DNA of 64,000 nucleotides from Vicugna vicugna. Its lineage: Eukaryota. Every line of letters begins with the position of its first letter. Position 1 is the first letter of the stretch. A model generated the notes under the pieces. That model made no database searches and was not told where the DNA came from. It worked only from the letters and a program-made list of their open reading frames with translations. Location: positions 966,616 through 1,030,615 of the forward strand of contig MU058584.1 in assembly GCA_013265495.1 (NCBI GenBank). The letters run 5' to 3'. Position numbers and translations under genes: made by a program. Positions 39,510 to 52,665 of the stretch are shown here, in pieces.

Positions 39510-41129
39510 GGATTCCTCAGCACAAAAATTCAGGATAACCTTTTGTGGTTGTTCTTTTGTTACCTGCAAAGCAGGCAGATTTTTGCGGGCGGTGTGACAA
39601 AAGTGCCTCTCTGATTTGTGCTTTCAGAAACGCCAGAGTTCCTTAGGCCTGCACTTTTTGATTTTTCCACACCAGAAGGCCGGGTCAGTGGGTCTTGCGC
39701 TGGTAACATAGCTGATCAGGAAGCTGTGTAAACACTGTACGCTCTGAGGGATAAATGTGATTGACGTGTTTTTAATCATTCCTGCTTTACTGCTGTTTGC
39801 TCTGGTCAACACCATCGTCTAAATTAAGTTCATTCTTGATGTAATGGCTCATTATGTAAAGTCAAAGAAAGCTCTTTAGATGGGTCTTTCTGCTTTTTGG
39901 CAGGGCCCAGGGAAAAGGAACTGGACTGGAAGTCTGGACACCGTGGATTTGAACAGGACGTGCTTTTCTTTGAGCTTCATATTCCTCATCCTGTAACCTT
40001 TCTGGGGTACCTAGGTACCCCTTTCGTCTTTCTAATCCATCCTGCTCCCTGCTGTTGCCCACAAGTCACAATTAATTCCCTGCTCGCAGTTTTCTCTCCT
40101 TCTTCAATCAATCCAGCCAAGCCAATTTTGGTTGGATACACATTAATTTATGGCAAACTGTCATCACTTGACTGCGCTAGGGACTTCACATGCTTGTTTG
40201 TTTCCTTATAGATTAATTTCCCTTTCCCGTCACTCTCTCCTGAAGCAATCCCTCTGATGTGTTTATTGTCACATTGAATTTTGGGGTATTTACATATATT
40301 TGATTTACAAAGAATATTTTGCTTGACACTCTCTTGAAACTCTTTGTAGTGGTTATTTTTTGGCTCATTAATTTAAGATGATCCTTTGTTCTCTACTAAA
40401 TTCAGAAATTCTAGATTTTAATGACCTCACTGAAATGTTCAGCGGAGATGAAGTGACTTACTCATTGAGAGTAAGCCCATGAGAGCAGAGGAGAAACCAG
40501 AACCCACCGTCAGGGCTCTCTTCACTGACCCTTGATAACCTTATTTCTTTGGCCTTTTCATTTCAAAGAGTTTCTTGTACTTTGGCGCTTCCTTGAAGTA
40601 TAAGATGTATGTGTCAGGAAGGAACTGGGACTGAATTCTGGGAAAGGGAAGGAAAAGGAGAAGGAATGGGAGTCATAGAATATTCCCAGAAAGGCTGCAT
40701 CAAATTCCAATTCAATTTTATTAATTTAACAAATATGAGTCAGGCCAGGAGCTAGTATTATAGTGAGCTATGTCCCTGTCCTCAAGCAGCTCACTGTTTT
40801 CGCAGAGGCAAACTTAAAAGGAAGAGCCAAATGTGGTATTAGAGGTTATAATAAAGCGAGGTCAGAAGAGACCATCAGGACCAAAAAAGACAGAGCAATT
40901 AGCCTCCCCCCTCAAAGATCAAGGCAGGCGACCGACCAAGCCCAGGAAGAATGTTCTAGGAAAGGACAAAGCCGTGGAGGAATGAAGTGGCCACAGCTTG
41001 GCGTGTTTGGGAAACACCAAGTGTTTGTTTGTGGCTAGTAGTGACAATGTGATAGTCACCATTTTCTTTCCAGTTTGAGCTCATCCTAATGCAAGCCACA
41101 CAGCTAACATTTCTAAATTGTTTGGGAGC

Positions 41130-41418
41130 TACATTACAAACTAAGAAGAAATGATAAGACTTAACTTTAGTAACATTTTATCATTTCAACCTGTAATCAG
41201 TATAGAACTTATTCAAAATTTTGCATTCCTATTTTTTTTCAATTGAAGTATAGTCAGTTACCATGGATCAATGTCTGGTGTACATTCCTATTTTCATGCA
41301 AGATCTTCAAAATATGGTGTGTGTTTATGTTTATAGCACACCTCAGTTGGGATTAGCCGCATTTTAGGTGCTCCTTAGTCAGACACGTGGCTAGTAGCTA
41401 CTACCCTGGACAGCACAG
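41130..41418. mobile_element. MER3/MER33-like hAT element containing a tiny L1 insertion
   Basis: Ends cacgtggctagtagctactaccctggacagcacag, the typical MER3/33 terminus. Confidence 0.65.
41236..41282 (-). mobile_element. 47-bp L1 3'-end insertion with 12-bp TSD
   Basis: cattcctatttt is duplicated at 41224-41235 and 41283-41294, around ttttcaattgaagtatagtcagttacc. Confidence 0.75.
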
Positions 41419-43319
41419 AACAATATTGATGAAACTAATGAATGAAACAGATAGATCAAACTAAGTATTAGGTACTCAAATTCCAAAACTGCTTGGGATC
41501 AAGCCGTGTAAATAACCCTTGCATATCTCACGTGGGCAAAGGCTGTCTTTGTGCAACTCGCCTTTGAAGTGGGCACTTTCTGAAAGTGGGAGTCAGTGAG
41601 GCCTGTGGGAAAGCATTCATTTTGGAAAAAAACTTACACTAATTATGTGACTTGGATCAAGCTACTTAATCTCCTGAATTTATTTTCTTCATTTGTGATA
41701 AATGGACTGAAAAAAAATGATCTCTTGCAGAATTAAAATATATTTGCATGCCTGGCACAAAATAGACACTTATAAGTAATAGCTCTCATGAAATATTTTC
41801 TTCTGTGATATCAGACATGTTATTCATTTGCTGGATTAAAAGATCTGACAAATGAGATCCTTAGGTGATATTAGTCATACTTACATGGCACCTACCGTGT
41901 GCTCAACCCTGCTCCGGGCACTTGGGATGCATTAGTGAACAAAATAGGTGAATAGGATGTTCTGTCTCCCAAATACTCAGCATGAGGCCCAGTGGGAGTG
42001 CCCTGTGGCACTGTCATTATCTATAGGCAAACCTTTTCAGCATTTTCAATGTGAATCTCTCATCAGAAGAGAAACAGAGTTAGAAGGGCAGCAAGAGCAG
42101 GGAAGCGTCTGGCCAGTGTGAGAACACGTGAGGGAATACTAAATGAGCCCTGGCATTGTCCTATCCCCAGACTTCTAGAAAGGAGTGCAGTGCTACGGGG
42201 AGGTGCAGCAGCCACATGTGACACATGGTGATTATCCTTGAAATATTATTATTTGAAGACACATCATTTTAGATACTGCAACATGAAAACCTACACATAT
42301 ACATGTTGAGGCAAAATGCAAAATCTTACACAAAGTTTCACAATAAAATGTAAGACTCCAAAGAAATTGCTAGGTTGTGGTGAGCACTTGGGGCTACATG
42401 CCAAAGATACTATATATTATGATTTATTTTAATAGGGATACTTTAGTAGAACATTCTAGAAAGGGCATATTAAATAATTTATTAATTTTTATTCTTTCTC
42501 CAATATATAGAAATTATTTTGGACTCTGATATCATTGTGAGGTTGTTTTTAACTCCTCTGTGAATAGGAGGTGTGTGGATGGCAGGTTTGGAAAAAGGAG
42601 TGTGTTATGGCTGGTTTGCTTAAATCTGATGGCGTGGGTCTAAGATAAGAGTGTGCAGGTGCTCCCATCTCTGCTTGTACCAATGAATTAACAAGCTATG
42701 GACTTACAATTATTCAGTTCCATGTCAGCTGAATTCCTTGCTTCTCTTTCATGCACCTAAAAGTAACCAAAAGCTTCTGAAAGAGTCAGAAATCATGACA
42801 ATGTTCAATAAAAACAAGGTCATCAGAGAGAAAGAACATCTAAAGACCATTAAAAGTGCCCAGCACTTGATGGGCACGCTGTAACTGCTGTAGACTGACT
42901 CCCTGCTCCCAGGAAGCCAGTGATCAGAGGACCTGGGTTTCAGGGCAAGTTTTGGTAGCGAAAGGCTATTCTCTAATCACCTCTATGGTGAAATACTTGT
43001 CTGTGCTTGTACTAAGAGTTTGAAATCTTAGAAAACAAATGTTGGATTCAATAAAACTATTTTTTTATAAATGTTTGTTCAGTTACAGGTTGAGTCATCC
43101 TTGGAGATGGCTGGCATCCCTGCCAACCTGGCCACATGAGCAATAACAATGACTCACCTTGTGTAATGGTTCATGAATGTCAGAAGTCTTGCTTACATGT
43201 TATTCTGTTAGGTTCCCACAACAACCCTACGTGGCAGAGTTGGATACCTGTCCTCCAATATCTATCCCCCGATTACATAATATTCAATTTTCAGAATAAA
43301 CACAAGTCCAAGCCTCACG

Positions 43320-44020
43320 TGATTTATAATTTCATTCTATTGTGGTCAGAGAATATACTTTGTGCAATTTTAATACTCCTACATATATTGAGACTTGTTT
43401 TATGGCCTAAATGTGGTCTATCCTGGATAGACCTTGTGTGTTCCTTGTAACCTTGAGAAGAATCTATATTCTGCTGCTTTTTGGAGGAGTGCTCTATGAG
43501 TATCTTTTAGGTTTAATTGGCTTATATTGTTATTCAAGTGTTTTATTTCTTTATTGATCTTATATCTACTTGTTCCATTCCTTATTGATTCAGATCTCCA
43601 ACTGTTATTGTTGAACTATCTATTCTTTGCTTTAATTCAGTCAGGCTTTGCTTCATGTATTTTGGGGCTCTGTTGATAGCGTCACATATTTTTATAATTT
43701 TTACCTCTTGATAAAGTGACTCTTTTATAAATATAAAGTGTCCTTTGTTTCAAGTAACAAGTTTTGTCTTAAAGTGTAATTTTTTCTGATATTAATTTAG
43801 CCAGTCCAGCTCTCTTTTCATTATTGTTAGCATAGTATATGTTTTTCCAGACTTTAATGTTCAACCCGTTTATGCCTTTGAATCTAAAGTATGTTTCTTG
43901 TGGACAGCATATGGTTGAATCACTTTTTAAAAAAATCCATTATGCCCATCTCTGTCTTATAATTGGAGTTTACACTTAAAGTAATTACTGGTAAGGAAAA
44001 ATTTTTGTCTGCTATTATGT
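43320..44020 (-). mobile_element. Old L1 ORF2 (endonuclease region) fragment
   Basis: ttcattctattgtggtcagagaatatactttg...ttgagacttgttttatggccta...gccagtccagctctc is antisense L1 ORF2. Confidence 0.85.
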
Positions 44021-46244
44021 ATGTAGGGGAAAAATTAACTTTAAATTTCAGTTTTGACTTCTAATATCTGTCTAAGAACTTAATGATGGGAAGGGATTCA
44101 TACTGTTTTACTTGGTATATTACATAACATCCTCTACTGAAAAATTGTTTAAACCCAACAACTCTGGACCCAGAGTTCCCGTGTTCTAATCCTTGCTCTA
44201 CCACTTCTAAGCTATGCTGCCTTGGACAAGTGACTTACCATTTTTGTGCTTTGGTTTATATTCCTGTACATGAGAAGAATAATAGTGCCTTCTCACCTGG
44301 CATTTGGGACAAACATACTCTGTATATCTTGCCATTTTCTTCTGACTTTATGGGTTGCATTACAGACTGGCTTTGTCTCACATTGTGCAGGAGAATCACT
44401 CTCTGGGATTCAGGAATAAAGGAGGCAAAGGTTTTGTGGGGAGAAAAGAAGAGACTTCATTTAGGCCTCTTAACTCCACTCCCTAACCCAGTTTTGACCA
44501 GAAAAAAAATTGCATCAGAGTATTAAGTCCTTCCCTGGTTATTAGTTAAGCAAGTACTTTATTTTATGTCTTGTTATAATTCTTTGTATTCACATGCTGT
44601 CAGGTACAAACACAGTAGTGTGGTAGAGGGGCAGGCTGTAATAGGATGGAGCCATCAAAGCCCCACCATGGCCTTCAGAAGGCGTCTATGGGATTATCTG
44701 TCTAGCACTTCATCTTCTCCAGAAGAAGATAATCTCCAAACACACTCCTGCTCCAAATATTGCTACTGTGAGAGCTTCCATTGAAAAAAATATATAACTT
44801 TCTTTCTTTAGTCACAAATGATTGGTCTGGGGGGTACCAATGTCCTCCCATGAGATTTTTAAAAAAATACGGTACTGAGATTCTTAAAATTTGAGAATCT
44901 ATCAGTGGCCAAAAAACCTGCCAGTTGGAGTTGTCGCATTTTAATAAGAAGAAAGGGAGAGAAAGAGAGAGAGAGAAGGAGGAGGAGGAGAGGAAAGAAA
45001 AAGGAAGGAAACAGAAAGAATCACAAGAGGAGAGAAATAATTCTGACATGTTTTCTACCCAGGGTCTGATTTTATTTATATCCCTCTTGCAGTCATGTTT
45101 TTCTCATTTAGTAGGAACTCCTTGGCTTCCTTGACTTCTGAGAAACACACGTACACACATTTACTAGGCTAATTTGTTTTAGATTTTTTTTGTTACTTGC
45201 CACCAAACACTTTTTTCTGTTATACACTAGCCCACCTACCTGGAGCTCCTTATCTGGATTTTACCAGAGTGCTCTCTTGGGAGACTGGATCCTGCTTCCC
45301 AGCCATCAAAATACCAGTTATGGTACTACTCAGTGAATTGGCTAATTGTCTGAGAACATGAACCTATGATTTGAGACCCACGACTTCTCACTCTCCGGTT
45401 GTCAACCACATGTCAGTCAACTATCTCATTAAGATCCTGATGGCTTTTATAGGGGATATCCTGTAACTGAATTAATTTTTTCCAAGGCCTGTTCTTTAAG
45501 GACCTTGGGAAATGCTAATAATTTGATTAATAAGGGAACTAGAAGCGCTACTTTAGTTTGTTTTTTTAAAAGTTTTTTAAACTTTAGTTGTTTTTTTAAA
45601 GTTCTACATAGATGAGGTGTTTCGGAAGTTATCCAAAATGCATTTATTCATCATCCTGTAAAGCAAAGAAGTCTTTCCATCTTAAGCTCATCTTTTTGTC
45701 TTGCTATGTGTAGAACTGAAAACATTACCATCTGTTGAATACTTACCATACACCACACGCTGTGTGAGATGCTGTCATCTTCATTATTTCCCTTGGATTG
45801 CAGAATTTCAGAACTAGGAATGGCCATGGAAAGCACACAGGCCAACTCACAGATGAATAATTTGAGGTTCAGAGAGGCAAAATCATTGGCGTATGGGGCA
45901 CCAAATAACTACATTCCTGTTTTATGCCAAAGTTCTGAATCACGTAAAACAATAAAATAAGACAAAAGAGTAGGTTAGATAGAGCCCACATAGTGTGCAT
46001 ATTGCTGATACACTCTGTTAGTGGATGCTGTGGCTTATGTCTGTGAACAGAAGATCTTGATCCTGAACCTCAATGTTAAGTCGCTTGACTCACACAGCTA
46101 CCCTGAACTGAGGGGGGTTCTCCTCAGGGGAAGAGTCTGCCTGCACAGGAGCAGAGCTGAACACATTCCCTGTGGACAGCCAGCTTGTAAGAGGGACGGA
46201 AGAGCAAAGGGATGGGCAGAGGAGTCTGTTGTGTTAGCCACTCC

Positions 46245-46655
46245 GGAGTTTCCTCGATTTATAATGGGGTTACACCCTGATCATCCCAACATAAGTTCAA
46301 TGTATTGTGAGTCAAAAAAGCATTTAACACACCCAACCTACCCAACATTATAGCTTAGCCTCGCTTACCTTAAATGTGCTCAGGACACTTACATTAGCCT
46401 ACATTTGGGCACAAAGCCTATTTTCAAGTGTGAGTATCTCATGCAATTTATGAATAATTTTTACTGATAGTGAAAAACAGAATGGCTGTATGGGTGCAGA
46501 ATGGTTGTAAGTGTATGGTTGTTTACTCGCATAATCACGGGGCTAACGGAGAGCTGTTGTTCTCAAAATGCAAAGTATGGTTTCTACTGAATACATGTCG
46601 CTTTCACACTATTGAAAGTTGAAAAAGAGTCAAGTCAAATCATTGTAAGTCTGCA
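46245..46655 (+). mobile_element. MER47/Tigger5-like element
   Basis: cctcgatttataatggggttacaccctga...tagcttagcctcgcttaccttaaatgtgctcaggacacttacattagcctaca. Homologous to 38826-39323 in the opposite orientation. Confidence 0.8.
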
Positions 46656-46773
46656 TACAATTCTGTCTTCACCAATAAAGAGCTAATTTTGAAAATATCA
46701 CATTGTCTCCATTACAGACAACAGACACCAGAAAGGCTCCCCCCCTTTTTTAGGTGCACTAATGACAATTATA

Positions 46774-46830
46774 TTTACAAGTAAAAATGTACAGAAATTC
46801 CCATTTTACAAGTAAAAGTGCACAGAGATC
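46774..46830. repeat. Two-copy ~31-bp tandem duplication
   Basis: tttacaagtaaaaatgtacagaaat followed by tttacaagtaaaagtgcacagagat. Confidence 0.75.
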
Positions 46831-49563
46831 ATTACAAAGCTTCACTAAATTTTATCTGGTTCAAACAAAAGCATCACTTGCAAACAGACTATCACTGTAA
46901 CAGTTAAATGAGAACATGGTAACCCCAAATTAAAAGACAATGAGGTGAGGTCTGCAAAACTCATAAAAACACCTAGTAAAGTAAAATGGACCTGGACGTG
47001 TCTTCAGTTTGATGCATCAATTTGAAGATGCACCATCAGAGCAGATACGGTTTTCAAATTCTCCTCACAACAACTCTGTGCGATAGGTGTTATCATCAGT
47101 TTTTACAGATAAAGACATGTAAATTCAGAGAGGTTAAGTAGCTTCCGGCAATCACAGAACTAGGATATGCTGACTTGAAGATGTGAATCTAGATTTATCT
47201 GGCTCTAAGTCCATGCCCTTTCCATTACATCACAAGTTCTCCCAGTGGAGTCAATGACAGATGCCAACTGAGTGGTGTATGTGGTGTAACGGGTAACTGG
47301 AAGACAAAGTATCTCCTAAGTACAAGAGATAGAAATGACTTCACTGAGGATTTGGATAGGCAGAGAACAAAGCCAAGAGGATTCTGGGAAAAACGGAACA
47401 AAAGCTGTGGCATTAGGAATGTGTACAGCAGTATTGAAGAGAAATCGAGTAAATCAATTATTCTGAAGCCGAGGATTGTCTGTTGTTTGATGCAGGTCTA
47501 CAGGCAGCCCCACAGGATTTCCACAGCTTGTGTTACCATGGGAACAGAATGGGGCATTGGAGTTATCTGAGGGGGCATCAGTCATAAAGGATCTTGGATT
47601 GAAAATGACGAGTGATGCCACAGTGGCATGCAGGAAACCAAAACTGGTTAGGAACAGAACCAGCAGTCGTGTACCTGCTCAGATAGTAACAGCCCAGACC
47701 AAGTGCTGCTCGCCTCTCCCCTCTCCTCTCCTAATCGCCCCTCAACCCGTTGCTAGCTCCACATAATCTCCCCCCAGAAATCAAACCCTGAGGATGTTGC
47801 AAGGAGGGTGGCTGGTCACCAAACTGATTAAGTCTCTGCCTCTCAGCAGATGAAAGGTGCACAGGTAGATTTTAAATTCAGTGACAGAATAAAGTTGGAT
47901 TCAAACACTCTTCAGTTTGCAGGCTAAAATTCTTACCCCACTGTACCAAATACGGTCAGTACCTTTAATTAGATTATCTAGAATCCTCCCAAAGATCCTG
48001 TAAATTTATTTTGCCTTCATTTCATAGGTGAGAACTTGAAACCAAGAGATTAAATAACTTGTCCAAAGGCACATAGCTGGCGATTGGAGGGAAGAGAAAG
48101 GACATCGATCTGATTTTAAAGTCCCTGTCCTTTTTACAGACCACACCACTTATTTTTTTTAAAGATATGGCTGCCAAAGGTGGGTTAGGCAGAAAGTAAG
48201 TAAGTGCAGCCAAGTACAGGGCATCAATCCAAAATAGTTATGGGGCTAGCTGCCAAATTCTCTTTGAAATAACCGTGATTCATTCCCAAGAAGAAGGAAG
48301 CTGCTTTAGAAGAATCAAAATGTGTCTTTTACCAAGAGGCAGTTAAATTCAGGTCTCCTTGGGTCAAATCCTTTTTGTGTCTCTTTGTTACACACACAAT
48401 GACTCAAACAAATTATGTCTAAAGGAAAGGCTGTTTACTCTGGGTTCTACACTAATGGGTTAAATGCAGGACGCGGCGGAGCAAATTTGTAAACAGAATT
48501 CCCCACATTGGCTCTCTATTGCAGACTTCTTCGTGCGCTTGCAATGAGCTATTAACAGGAAGGGAGCCCAGGACGACCAGGCACAAGGGCTGCTGTTCCA
48601 GGTGCAAGAAAAGGCAGGGACAGAGTGACTGCCAAAGCCATTAGAATTGTTTTGGGTTCATTGATTTGTGGTGGTGGTTGTTGAAGGCCTAATGGAGGGT
48701 AGGGCAGGGCTGTTAGCTCTCAGTTCATTGCACAGACTCTAGGGCCGCGGATGGAAATAGCCCCCTTTACTGCAAAAAAGCATTGCTCATGGGCATGTAG
48801 TTTGCAGCGGGTAAGCGAAAGGCAAGGGTGAAGAAGAGACATCCTTGTAACTCAGTGACGCCTGCTCTAAGCACTGGTTTACCAGGCGGGTGTGTGTATG
48901 GGCACACACAAAATAATTACAAAGTAAAACTGCACAAACATTTCGCCTTGGCTTGTGGTTCAGAAAGACACTAACGTTGCTACTTAGACTCTCTCAAAAT
49001 AGTGAGACTGGTTTTTGGGTTTCTGTGTGATTCTTTTTGGTTCAAATCATTGACTTTAAAAAGTTTTCCCCCTATGTAAATGTTCTTGCCGCCTCTCCAA
49101 GTCTAGGACACACAGGACACTCCTTGTGTCTGCAAGCAACACCTTCCGTAGTGCTGCATTTTCTGCTTGCCAGATGGAGCTTTGCTTTCACACTAAATCA
49201 ATTTCTGTGAAAAGTCTTAGTCACTTGCAGTGTGATGCTGCTTCTGAATCTATGCACCGTCCTAACAGAAGCTTCCCCAGGGGGACCAGAAGCCGTCTTC
49301 CCGTGACCCCCACTGTGACCTCCCTCACAGTGTTGCCCTTTTCTTTTGACATTTCTGGCCATTACCTCCAAGAGTGCAGTTGTAACAGCTCTGTCTTACA
49401 TAAATTTCACCCTCTGGAAATAAGTCTTGGATTTTTTTTCCTTTTCTTTTCTTTCCTTTTCTTTTTCTTTTTTTTTGAGAGCTGCTTCTATCTCTGATTT
49501 CTTTCTAGGGTGTGTGTGTGTAGTTCTCATCTGTTAATGCACCCTCAAAGCATTATCAACTAC

Positions 49564-49649
49564 TTTTCAAATGGAGGTACTGGGGATTGAACCCAGGACC
49601 TCACACATGCTAAGGATGCACCTTACCACTGAGCTGTACTCCACCCCCC
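49564..49649 (-). mobile_element. tRNA-derived SINE (camelid Vic-1-like)
   Basis: Minus strand: gggggtggagtacagctcagtggtaagg...aggtcctgggttcaatccccagtacctccatt, with A box, B box and a short A tail. Confidence 0.85.
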
Positions 49650-50148
49650 TCTAAACTATTTTTGATTAGATTCTGGTTAATGCTAATAATAATAAAACTC
49701 TTTAGAGTATACAAAGCACTTTTTAAGACTACAAATGAGTGGACTTGAAGGGGGTAAATAGCAAAAGTCCCGGGCTACTATATCATAAGGTGTTGTTAGA
49801 CTTAAAATTCCTGTTCGCAGTAGCTCTAAGTTCAAAGGTTGTTTTTATAATCACTCTCAAGTAATAAAAAACCAGAAACCAGCCAGCCAATACATAGACA
49901 AACTGGAAAATGATAGCAGGCAGTTATTAATACTGTGCTTTGTGGAAAAATCACCCTCAGTATGTTCCCGACATGCACAATCCTGTTGCTCAGAATTAAA
50001 CGTGGCAGTCTCAGATTTGCTCACTTCTGCTCCCTAATACCATGTTGTACTTCTCCAGGAATAGTGTTCATGTTGTTTCTGCCATACACATATTGATACA
50101 AATTATGTTCTTTGGATTTGCACAACTCATCGGTCTGTTTTACCTTAC

Positions 50149-51419
50149 TAGGATATTGCGATTTATAATAAGAAATACGCGTTTGGTCTTTGACCCCACT
50201 CTAGGCACAGAGCTCCTAAAACCCTTGAATTTTTCTGTGATAAGAGCAATAAATGTGTCTTTGATGGTGTTAATGAGGTGACTTGGGGACCCCTTAGATA
50301 ACCCAAGGATGGGGACTGGTTGCCAGGGGAACTTTGGAACTTTTAGTACTCCCCCCTCTTCCCCTCTTCCCCCCAATTTCTTTGGAGAGGAGAGGGGCTG
50401 GAGGTTGAATCAGTCACCAATGGCCAGTGATTTACTCAGTCATGACTATGTAGTGAAGTGTCCATAAAAGGACTGGGTTCTGAGAGCTTCTGGGCTGGGG
50501 AACGCATGGGGATTCGCCGAGGGGGCACTTGTAGGGGCATGGAATCTCCGTGCCCTTTTCCCGTACCTTGTCCCTATGAACCTCTTGTATCTGGCTGATC
50601 CTGAGCTATATCCTGTTATAATAAACCAATAATCTAGTAAGTAAAATGTTTCTCTGAGTTCTGTGAGCAACTCCGGTAAATCAATTGAACCTAGACAGTT
50701 GGTCAGAAGTACAGATAAAAGCCTGGGCTTGTGACTGGTACGGGGGAGGAAACTTTTCTGAAACCCTTCTCTTCTAGCTTCTTTGGCTGGCCTAATAATT
50801 AAATTGACATAAGATAGATTAATAGGAGGAATAAACCTAAATTTAATTTCATACATACGGGAATCCCAAAGATAAGAGGTTCCAGACAGCGGTTATTGAG
50901 GCTTATAAATGCCTCCTGAGCTAAGGAGGAGGAAGCAGTGGTCTGGGGCTTCCAACCGGGAAGAAGACAATTCCCAGGAAGATGATAAGAGCAAATGCTT
51001 GCTGGACAGATAAGTCTTTTTGATGTAAAAAGTTAACTCTGTTAATAACTCTCTTCCTGGTACAAGTCCCTATCTAATAATGTCTTCTTGGCAGTTAAGG
51101 GAGAGGTGAAAAGCTCTTCTTAAGTCTGTTGGACCTTGATTGTCCTTTGCTTGAAATAATTCACATGCCAAAGTGGCACATCTAGGGCTGCCTGCCTCGA
51201 ACCCCATCACTGGTGTCTGAAGCGGGGGTAGGGGGCAGTCTAGCAGGATGGAACCCTTAACCTGTAGAATCTGATGTTATCTCTGGGCAGATAGCGTTAG
51301 AATGGAGTCGAATGGTGTTGAGTTACAGGACACGCTGCTGGTGTCCCGAGAATTGTTTGCTGATTGTATGGGAAATCCTTCCTCCCACAAACGTAGTTTT
51401 GAAATTGGGTCTCAGAACA
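50149..51419 (+). mobile_element. MER21-like solo LTR interrupted by a second LTR
   Basis: Starts (ta)ggatattgcgatttataataagaaatac. The sequence gcttgtgactgg|tgtctgaagcgggg rejoins across the insert. Confidence 0.85.
50739..51209 (-). mobile_element. ERV1-class solo LTR (MER34/MER39-like) nested in MER21
   Basis: Minus strand begins TGATGGGGTTCGAGG...GATGTGCCACTTTGGCATGTGAATTATTTCAAGC. 4-bp TSD ctgg at 50735-50738 and 51210-51213. Confidence 0.8.
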
Positions 51420-52505
51420 CAAAAGACTTATTGTCTAATATTGTACAGTCTCATAACAAATGTAGCTTGCCAATTAAATCTGAGCTCCATGAAATTTCTA
51501 GTGTCAAATAATCCAACCACTTACTTTTCTCATGTGGATAAATCTGTTGTTCTCTCAAGATAAGGCGAGTAGTAATTTATGTATAACCCTAAATTTTCTG
51601 CTAGCTTAGGATTGCCCTTTCCTGAATTATCCAGAAGTATTTCCAACTTAAATTTCTATGAAGTTGTGTTTTTATGATGCAGTACTTATTTCAGACCCAG
51701 TATTGGGAGCTTTGATCAGGCTCCCATTTTAATTAGTATCTTTCTGTACAAGATGTGTAGAATTTCAATATCAAACCTGTACACAGGCACTGATAATTTT
51801 TCTATCTAATAAAAAACACGTTAGTCACTTTCTGTCTTTTGCTCTCTTTTCTGAAACCCTACCTTCTTATCTCTAATTTGCATCTCTCTTCAGATACCTA
51901 TGGTTGTGTTTATCTTGCTTTATTTTCATTGGTTCCTTCCTATTAGAATTCATGCCCCCTTAAGAACAGAGGCTACATCTTTTTCATTTTGTATTCTTGT
52001 ATGCTTAGCAAAGCTTACAATATTTGTCAATAATTTTTACCTCTTTTGTTCATTGCTATGTCTACAGATACATGGAAAAATGCCTGGCACAACTATTTGT
52101 TGAATGAATAGATCGATGGTGTTTGTAACTGGAAATTTAGTGAGAAATTCTGATGACTAAAAAATTTATGTAAAAGACTAGATAGGTAGAAGACACGCAC
52201 TCTCTCTGAATAAGAATCCATGTGTTACACTGAACGTGATGAATTATTTAGAAAATGCAACATTAATAATTCACGTTCAGCCCAGGATGAATACTTGGTG
52301 TCCTTTCTGCATATTTTTCATAATGGAAGCCCATTTGTCTGAGTGTGCCTAAGTCATGGAAGAGGGGGAGCGTCAGAACTTTGTATAATTATCCCTACCC
52401 CCCCCCAGCCCACACACATGAACTTGTTTTCAGGAGGTGAGGGCCTGGGGAGAGCCAGACGTTATATGTGGCATGTTCAAAACACATGATAGTTTCAGCT
52501 CCATG

Positions 52506-52665
52506 AGAGTAGCCTGCATAATTTGTGGTGTCCAGTGCAAAATGAAAATGCAGGGCCCATTATTTAAAAAGAATCAGGAATTTTAGGATGGCAACAGTGG
52601 AACATTAAACAAAGCACATGGCCCTGTGAGCATGGGCACGAGCTACAAGCCCATGAAGCCGCCTT
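52506..52665 (-). mobile_element. MER45A-like hAT MITE
   Basis: cataatttgtggtgtccagtgcaaaatgaaaatgcagggccc...gcccatgaagccgcc. Confidence 0.75.

Noticed and set aside
49564..49649. tRNA gene
   Set aside because: Has A/B boxes but no intact cloverleaf, plus an A tail and a second diverged copy; better explained as a SINE.
50446..50856. 136-aa ORF
   Set aside because: Spans the junction of two LTRs, so it is chimeric non-coding sequence.
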